From IMG/VR virus record IMGVR_UViG_3300007960_000019: a stretch of 20,000 nt of DNA; one strand, given 5' to 3'. Source of the DNA: an uncultured virus (IMG/VR IMGVR_UViG_3300007960_000019) (taxonomy: Duplodnaviria; Heunggongvirae; Uroviricota; Caudoviricetes). This document shows positions 14,179-20,000 of this stretch, piece by piece. The position numbers and the translations under genes were made by a program. The notes below the pieces were generated by a model. That model was not told the DNA's origin, made no database searches, and saw nothing but the letters and a program-made list of their open reading frames with translations. Position 1 is the first letter of the stretch. Each line of letters begins with the position of its first letter.

Positions 14179-15273
14179 ATGAGTGTCAAAACAAAGATTA
14201 TTGGTGGTGATAGTGGTAAGCTAGAAGCTCATGTGTATAAAGCAGATAGCCCATTCCATAAGCTACATCCGGGGTTGGTTACTTATAACCACCCTGTAGA
14301 CCGTAAGACTATCACTACCGGATTCTTTACCAATGATACTTACGGTGCTGACCAGAACCAAGCAGCAACCACCCCTGAAACAGTCACAGTAGTCCATAAT
14401 GGTGGAGATACTGTTGCCTTCACAGCAACTAACGTCTCTGGTAACCGTTATGTGTTTGACTCTACAGACTTTGCTAATAGTGGTACTGCCAGTATTGACG
14501 CTTCAGGTACGCGTAATGGCGATATTGCTAGTTTTGTATGGCCTGTAGGTGGTTCAGATTTATTAGTATCTAGCTATGACTCTTTAGATGGTTATATCTA
14601 CATCACTTCATGGCCTGCTAACGGCAACAAAGACTTCTTAATACAGCTATATCTAGATAGCGCCCCTATTGGTGTGGCTATCCCCCTTAGTACTTATGTG
14701 GATACGAATAACCACGATGTTTGGCAGTTATTCTCTACCCCTATGACAGCCTTCCAATCTGCTTCACCTAGCTTCGATGAGATTCGAATTCAGACAGTAG
14801 ATGCTGGTCAAGGAAATGCCCCTAGTATCTATCTTGATGACCTTCAGTTGGTATCTGCTGGACAGTCTCGTAGTATCTTCTATAACTACTGTGCGCAACC
14901 CGGTGAGCTTATTGAAGTAAGAAAGATTAAGTGGATTGCTGCTGTTACTAAGCTGAAAGTCGAGTATGATGAGTTCTTTGGTATCAGTCAGCTAACCAAT
15001 GGCTATACACTGTCATTTAAAAGGAATGGTTCTACACTATCACAGTACTTCTCTAAAGACTTCTATGATATGCTACAGTTCCCCAATGTCCACTTAGATA
15101 CATGGGAAGGGTCTACGGAGACAATCTATCAGCTAACGATGGAAATTCCGGAAGAGCATTACATCCTTAATGGTACTCTTGAAGAATGTATCGAGTTGTC
15201 TGTTCGTGATGACCTATCAAGCTTAATTCGCTTTAGGGCTTCTGTACAGGGTGCTTTAATCACCAAATGGTAA
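14179..15273 (+). CDS. virion-associated protein (364 aa) with a central carbohydrate-binding-module-like beta-sandwich
   Basis: SYDSLDGYIYI...WQLFSTPMTAF...FDEIRIQ...IYLDDLQL is typical of galactose-binding-like/CBM folds. The N-terminus weakly resembles paralogues A and B. Confidence 0.65.
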   Translation: MSVKTKIIGGDSGKLEAHVYKADSPFHKLHPGLVTYNHPVDRKTITTGFFTNDTYGADQNQAATTPETVTVVHNGGDTVAFTATNVSGNRYVFDSTDFANSGTASIDASGTRNGDIASFVWPVGGSDLLVSSYDSLDGYIYITSWPANGNKDFLIQLYLDSAPIGVAIPLSTYVDTNNHDVWQLFSTPMTAFQSASPSFDEIRIQTVDAGQGNAPSIYLDDLQLVSAGQSRSIFYNYCAQPGELIEVRKIKWIAAVTKLKVEYDEFFGISQLTNGYTLSFKRNGSTLSQYFSKDFYDMLQFPNVHLDTWEGSTETIYQLTMEIPEEHYILNGTLEECIELSVRDDLSSLIRFRASVQGALITKW

Positions 15274-15285
15274 AGAAATAACACT

Positions 15286-15309
15286 AGGGAGTCCTTTATG
15301 GGGCTTCCT
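15286..15309 (+). promoter_or_regulatory. intergenic GC-rich hairpin without U-tract
   Basis: AGGGAGTCCT-TTAT-GGGGCTTCCT, 10 bp with 3 G-U; GGGGCTTCCTC is identical to the 3' arm of the 12402 hairpin. Confidence 0.65.
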
Positions 15310-15356
15310 CAACAACAACTCTAATAAGCCCAACCGAGGTTCGGCAAGGAGGAAAT

Positions 15357-15806
15357 ATGGCACGTTCACGAATTAACTCTCGCTCAAAAGACCTTATCAG
15401 CGATGATGGTGCAGTTCTTGTATCTCTCGTAGAAGGCGAGCAAATTCAAATGGATATTACACTAAGCTGGCTGACTAACCTCACAGGCTATACCTTAACA
15501 GCTAAAATTGTTGAGGCCGACATGGCAGGTGCAGTAGATGAGGATGGCTACCCTACTGGTGTCAAGGCAGGTGGCGTAGTAACAACTCTTGATATCCTTG
15601 ATGCTACCGTTACTGACAATACATTTAAAATCGTTATTCCAGAAGACCTTATCGACTCATGGACTACACAGCCTTCCCCCGAAGCACCTACTTATGGGTG
15701 GATTGGGCTTGAAGTTCGTGATACAGGTGTTGGTAATGCACAACTTATCTGGAAACCTTTTCGTGGTCTTGTAGAAGTACTTTACAGCCCTTCTGAGGAG
15801 GTCTGA
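15357..15806 (+). CDS. virion structural protein, possible fibre adaptor (BppU-N-like beta sandwich)
   Basis: AAGGAGG SD; NLTGYTLTAKI...FKIVIP...GWIGLEV...GLVEV strand pattern; immediately precedes the fibre genes. Confidence 0.6.
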   Translation: MARSRINSRSKDLISDDGAVLVSLVEGEQIQMDITLSWLTNLTGYTLTAKIVEADMAGAVDEDGYPTGVKAGGVVTTLDILDATVTDNTFKIVIPEDLIDSWTTQPSPEAPTYGWIGLEVRDTGVGNAQLIWKPFRGLVEVLYSPSEEV

Positions 15807-15808
15807 GT

Positions 15809-17110
15809 ATGACTTACAAGGTAACAGCTAAGAACGACAAGATTTCAATTAATGTTACCACTACTGATAACAATGTAAATATCGTATCACCAAACCACTC
15901 TGTATCTCTATCCCGTACAGGTGGACAGGGTGCTAAAGGTGATTCTATCACTGATGTTTATGTAACAGAGGGTATCCTCTATGTTGAGGTATCTAACAGC
16001 GCGGGAGATGTTGTTGATACAATCAATGCAGGAGACTTTTCTGAGATAATCCGTGCTAATATTGTTGTTGGAAACCTATCAGATGTGACAATCTCTGGGT
16101 TGTCTACTGACCAAATCTTAAGATACAACAGTGTATCAGGTGATTGGGAAAACTACTCACTTACTGACGATTTCTATACAGAAACAGAAGTGGACTCACT
16201 ACTGTCTGGTAAGTCAGATGTTGGCCATACCCATGACGATCGCTACTATACTGAAACAGAAGTAAACTCTTTGCTCGCAGGTAAAGAGAACGCCGATGCT
16301 ACTATCCTTAAAGATGCAGATATCGGTGTTACTGTTCAAGCTTATGACGCTACTCTTCTTAATGATGCTGATATTGGTGTCACTGTTCAGGGTTACGATG
16401 CAACTATCCTCAAGGATGCTGATATTGGTGTCACTGTTCAGGGTTACGATGCAACTATCCTCAAGGATGCTGATATTGGCTCAACAGTGCAAGCTTATGA
16501 TGCAGGTTTAACAAGCATTGCGGGTCTACCTACAATCGCTGACAAGATGCTCTATACCACTGGTACAGACACTTGGTCAACAACCTCTCTAACAAGCTAC
16601 ATCAGGACCCTACTTGATGATCCTGACGCAGTTACTGCTCGTAGCACTCTTGGGTTAGTTATTGGTGCAGACGTACAAGCTTATGACCCTAATAACGTCG
16701 TAGATGCTGACTATGTTCATACCGATAACAACTTTACAGACTCATTGAGAAGTAAACTCATTGGTGTAGAATCAGGTGCTACAGCTGACCAGATCGCTTC
16801 CGAGGTTCCATTCCTTAATACAGACTCTGGGTTAATAGCTACAGACGTTCAAGAAGCTATCGACGAGGTAGTCGTACTTATAGAGTCTACTACTCTTGGA
16901 GATCTATCTGATGTAGCAGATACCGCCTCAATCACAGGCGAAACTGTAATGTTTGATTCCACAAGTCATACTTGGGTAACACGAAAAGCAACAACAAACG
17001 ATATTTCTGATATTGACAACACTAACAAAGCCGATGGAGCGGTATTAGTGTATAGCTCAACAAGCCAGAAATATGAGTCAAATGTATATTTACAAGGAGG
17101 TAGCTTCTAA
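15809..17110 (+). CDS. fibre protein 1 (433 aa)
   Basis: GGQGAKGD collagen-like stub, two DDxY-TETEV repeats with an HTH, 17-aa tandem repeats, LSDV...LRYNS...W modules, C-terminal LQGGSF. Confidence 0.8.
   Translation: MTYKVTAKNDKISINVTTTDNNVNIVSPNHSVSLSRTGGQGAKGDSITDVYVTEGILYVEVSNSAGDVVDTINAGDFSEIIRANIVVGNLSDVTISGLSTDQILRYNSVSGDWENYSLTDDFYTETEVDSLLSGKSDVGHTHDDRYYTETEVNSLLAGKENADATILKDADIGVTVQAYDATLLNDADIGVTVQGYDATILKDADIGVTVQGYDATILKDADIGSTVQAYDAGLTSIAGLPTIADKMLYTTGTDTWSTTSLTSYIRTLLDDPDAVTARSTLGLVIGADVQAYDPNNVVDADYVHTDNNFTDSLRSKLIGVESGATADQIASEVPFLNTDSGLIATDVQEAIDEVVVLIESTTLGDLSDVADTASITGETVMFDSTSHTWVTRKATTNDISDIDNTNKADGAVLVYSSTSQKYESNVYLQGGSF
16295..16498 (+). repeat. four tandem 51-bp (17-aa, DATILKDADIGVTVQ(A/G)Y) repeats
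   Basis: Units start at 16295, 16346, 16397 and 16448; exact period-51 identity across 16364-16479. Confidence 0.95.
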
Positions 17111-18561
17111 TGGCAACCAAAATTATTCTAAAGAAGTCTACCACAGGTGGCTCAGCCCCCTTAAGCGGTGACTTAGATGTAGGCGAACTAGCCGTAAACC
17201 TAGCTGACCGTAAGATCTATGCTAAGAACGGCGGCGGGACTATTATCACACTAAATGGTGCTTATGTTGATTCAACAGCACCGGGGAACCCTCAAGAGGG
17301 CGACTTATGGTATGACTCTACAAACAATACTCTAAAGTCATACAATGGATCTGTTTGGGCAGGTGCAGGCTACTCAACGCTAGGTGCTCTTGAAGATGTG
17401 ACAATCGATACTATTGCTTCTGGGGAAATCCTTAAGTGGAACGGTTCTGCATGGGTTAATAATACACTTGCTGAAGCAGGTATCCAACCAGCTGGCTCTT
17501 ATGCAAGTGCCACACATACCCATTCTATTTCTGATGTGACAGGTCTACAGACCGCGCTTGATGGAAAATCATCAACATCTCATAACCACACCCTAGACTC
17601 TCTAAGCGATACTACTATTACTTCTATCGCTTCAGGCGAGCTTCTAAAATGGAATGGCACAGCTTGGGTTAATAACACTATTGCAGAAGCTGGTATTCAA
17701 CCCGCTGGTAGCTATGCTGCAGCTTCCCATACACACACTTTAGACTCCTTGAGTAACACAACAATCACCTCTATTGCTTCAGGGGAAATCCTCAAGTGGG
17801 ATGGTACAGCTTGGGTTAACAATACTCTCGCAGAAGCTGGTATTGCTGCCTCTTCTCATACACATGCACTAAGTGCTATCACTGATGTAACAGCTACTGC
17901 TGCCGAGGTTAACGTTCTTGATGGCATTACTGCAACAACCGCTGAGTTGAACTATACTGACGGTGTTACTTCAAACATCCAAACTCAGTTGAACGGAAAG
18001 GCTTCAACAAGTCATAACCACACCCTAGACTCTCTAAGCGATACTACAATCACAGCCAACTCTTCGGGTGAAATCCTAAAGTGGAACGGTACTGCTTGGG
18101 TGAATAATACACTGGCAGAGGCAGGTATCCAACCTGCAGGTTCTTATCTAACCTCCGAGAGTGATACTCTGGCGACTGTTACTGCCCGTGGTGCTACTAC
18201 TTCTAACGCCATTGGTATTACTAATAATACCGCATCTTCCTCCACAAGTACAGGTGCTCTAACGGTAACAGGTGGTGTCGGTATTGGGGGTGCCCTCAAT
18301 GTTGGTGGTAACACTATCATCACTGGTAACTTGACTGTTAACGGTACAACAACTACAGTTAACTCTAATACTGTCAACATTGGCGACAACATTATTGTTC
18401 TTAACGCTGATGAAACAGGTGTCCCTTCTCAAGATGGTGGTATTGAAATTGAACGTGGTACTTCTTCTAATGTATCTTTCCTTTGGGTTGAAGCTTCTGA
18501 CCACTGGTCACTTGGCAACCAAACCCTTGCGGATGTTACATTGGATGGGGGTTCCTACTAA
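17110..18561 (+). CDS. fibre protein 2 (483 aa) with Mtd_N/hyaluronidase-N-like N-terminus
   Basis: MATKIILKKS...GELAVNLADRKIY, four internal repeats, HxH motifs, GALTVTGGVGIGGALNVGG segment, C-terminal LDGGSY. Confidence 0.85.
   Translation: MATKIILKKSTTGGSAPLSGDLDVGELAVNLADRKIYAKNGGGTIITLNGAYVDSTAPGNPQEGDLWYDSTNNTLKSYNGSVWAGAGYSTLGALEDVTIDTIASGEILKWNGSAWVNNTLAEAGIQPAGSYASATHTHSISDVTGLQTALDGKSSTSHNHTLDSLSDTTITSIASGELLKWNGTAWVNNTIAEAGIQPAGSYAAASHTHTLDSLSNTTITSIASGEILKWDGTAWVNNTLAEAGIAASSHTHALSAITDVTATAAEVNVLDGITATTAELNYTDGVTSNIQTQLNGKASTSHNHTLDSLSDTTITANSSGEILKWNGTAWVNNTLAEAGIQPAGSYLTSESDTLATVTARGATTSNAIGITNNTASSSTSTGALTVTGGVGIGGALNVGGNTIITGNLTVNGTTTTVNSNTVNIGDNIIVLNADETGVPSQDGGIEIERGTSSNVSFLWVEASDHWSLGNQTLADVTLDGGSY
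17380..18147 (+). repeat. four ~41-aa internal repeats (LDSLSDTTITSIASGEILKWNGTAWVNNTLAEAGIQPAGSY)
   Basis: Visible in the translation; 35-nt exact copy at 17581-17615 and 18013-18047. Confidence 0.9.
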
Positions 18562-18568
18562 TACCCTT

Positions 18569-18594
18569 GGGGCGTCCCTCTATAGGGGCGTCCC
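18569..18594 (+). promoter_or_regulatory. intergenic GC-rich hairpin without U-tract
   Basis: GGGGCGTCCCT-CTAT-AGGGGCGTCCC, 11 bp with 2 G-U; also a direct repeat of GGGGCGTCCCTC. Confidence 0.65.
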
Positions 18595-18619
18595 TCCTCA
18601 CACATAGGAGAAAAGCCCA

Positions 18620-19885
18620 ATGGCAACCAAGATTATTCATAAAAAGTCTTCAACAGCTTCCAGCGTACCTGCTTCAGCTAGTTTGGAGCCGGGGGAGCTA
18701 GCTGTAAACCTAGCCGATAAGAAAATTTATACAAAGACTACCGGTGGTACTGTAATTGAGCTTGCTGATGGTGCTAAGCTAGCAGGTATCGAAGCTGGGG
18801 CAACCGCTGATCAAACGGCCTCTGAGATTCTAACTGCGATTTTGACCGTTGATGGTTCCGGTTCTGGTCTTGATGCTGACACCCTTGACGGCCAACATGC
18901 GTCTGCCTTCCTAACAGGGAACCAGACTATTACTCTGTCGGGTGACTTAACAGGTTCTGGCACCACTTCGATCAACGCACAGATCGCAGCCAACGTGGTC
19001 GGGGCGGATGAGTTGAACGTAACAGGCAACGGTACTACATCACAATACCTTCGTAGTGACGGTGATGGGAGCTTCACATGGGAAACCCCACCAGACACTA
19101 ACACTACCTATAGTGCTGGTAACGGTATTAGCCTCTCAGGGACTACATTCAGTGTAGCCGCCGGGACAGGTCTTACACAAGATGCCTCTGGTCTATCTGT
19201 AACAGCTAACGGTATTGGTGCTACTCAGCTTAATGTTGTTGGCGATGGTACTACTTCTCAGTATCTCCGTAGTGATGGTGATGGTTCGTTCACTTGGGAT
19301 ACACCTACAGACACTACCTACAGTGCTGGTAATGGTATCAGTCTCTCAGGGACAACCTTTAGTGTAGCTGCTGGTGGTGGTCTTACTCAAGACGCCAGTG
19401 GTCTGTCACACTCCGACACGTCCACTCAGGCAAGTGTCGACAACTCCGGTGCAACTGTCATTCAAGACGTGACTCTGGATACCTATGGCCACGTCACCGC
19501 ACTTGGCAGTGCTACACTGACGGCTTCGACGGTAGGTGCTGTTGCTGCAAGTTCCGGCTCTGCTACGAACCTGACGTTAGTAGGAACGCCCGTCGAAGAC
19601 ATCTACACTGTCACTGGCACAACTCCCGTTCTGGAGCCTGACAACGGTTCTATTCAGGAATGGACGTTGAGTGGTAACTCTACACCGACTGACGGCTTCT
19701 CTGCTGGTCAAGCAATCACACTTATGATCGACGATGGTACCGCCTACACGATCACTTGGCCGACTACTACTTGGGTGAACAATGGCGGCTCTGCACCCAC
19801 GCTGGCAACCACTGGGCGTACTGTCATTGCTCTCTGGAAGGTCTCCACGACGCTGTATGGCGCACTAATTGGGGATGGTTCGTAA
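18620..19885 (+). CDS. fibre protein 3 (421 aa) with the same N-terminal module as fibre 2
   Basis: MATKIIHKKS...GELAVNLADKKIY, GSGSGLDADTLDG, TTYSAGNGISLSGTTFS repeats, C-terminal beta domain (YTITWP...APTL); AGGAG SD. Confidence 0.85.
   Translation: MATKIIHKKSSTASSVPASASLEPGELAVNLADKKIYTKTTGGTVIELADGAKLAGIEAGATADQTASEILTAILTVDGSGSGLDADTLDGQHASAFLTGNQTITLSGDLTGSGTTSINAQIAANVVGADELNVTGNGTTSQYLRSDGDGSFTWETPPDTNTTYSAGNGISLSGTTFSVAAGTGLTQDASGLSVTANGIGATQLNVVGDGTTSQYLRSDGDGSFTWDTPTDTTYSAGNGISLSGTTFSVAAGGGLTQDASGLSHSDTSTQASVDNSGATVIQDVTLDTYGHVTALGSATLTASTVGAVAASSGSATNLTLVGTPVEDIYTVTGTTPVLEPDNGSIQEWTLSGNSTPTDGFSAGQAITLMIDDGTAYTITWPTTTWVNNGGSAPTLATTGRTVIALWKVSTTLYGALIGDGS
18989..19408 (+). repeat. 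two tandem ~72-aa repeats in fibre 3
   Basis: Copies start at 18989 and 19205; both contain LNVxGxGTTSQYLRSDGDGSFTW...TTYSAGNGISLSGTTFSVAAGxGLTQDASGLS. Confidence 0.9.
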
Positions 19886-20000
19886 TGCTTACAACAGGTA
19901 AACTGATGGGCGCTGGCGGGTTTGGTGGTGCCCTTGAAGTTTCATACATCACATCCAGCAACTATGGCGCATCGACTGGCGGAACGCTAACGATGCCCTC
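19885..20000 (+). CDS. start of next gene, possibly a fibre-tip/receptor-binding protein (MLTTGKLMGAGGFGGALEVSYITSS...), truncated by the window edge
   Basis: TAATG overlap with the fibre 3 stop; open to the window end. Confidence 0.65.
   Translation, partial: MLTTGKLMGAGGFGGALEVSYITSSNYGASTGGTLTMP

Noticed and set aside
308..19104. All minus-strand ORFs and nested alternative-frame plus-strand ORFs in the track
   Set aside because: Short, overlapping well-supported + strand genes, and without motifs; consistent with shadow ORFs.
17110..19885. Diversity-generating retroelement suggested by Mtd_N-like N-termini
   Set aside because: No RT or avd gene. The repeats are in-frame and differ mostly at synonymous sites of all bases, not only adenines.
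1..20000. Genome-wide TAG reassignment (genetic code 15)
   Set aside because: Only one internal TAG was found; long genes including terL and the fibres are intact under code 11.

Overview
A 20 kb segment of a tailed dsDNA phage genome with every credible gene on the + strand. The host is possibly a marine alphaproteobacterium; this is inferred from the T7 gp4-like helicase, class II RNR, glutaredoxin and SbmA/BacA, not from any search. Positions 1-8.6 kb hold replication, metabolism and accessory genes: the primase-helicase C-terminus, a B12-dependent ribonucleotide reductase, a membrane module, a zinc deaminase and a glutaredoxin. The membrane module comprises an exported ClpP-fold protein, a MotA/ExbB-like subunit, an Asp-bearing ExbD/MotB-like subunit with a YfaP/DUF2135-like domain, a third membrane protein, SbmA/BacA and ClpP. 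Positions 8.63-9.05 kb are non-coding and contain a 24-bp G-U-rich hairpin plus U-tract, a T7-like promoter candidate, and a ~225 nt multi-branched RNA fold closed by a perfect 15-bp inverted repeat with a possible pseudoknot. Positions 9.05-20 kb are the late region: three membrane proteins, three repeated mini-hairpins, small and large terminase, a histone H1-like basic protein, a small paralogous family (one member split by an in-frame amber codon) and a chain of repeat-rich fibre proteins. The best novelty candidates are the structured RNA at the early/late boundary and the ion-motor + SbmA + protease module. All structures and family calls were made by eye.
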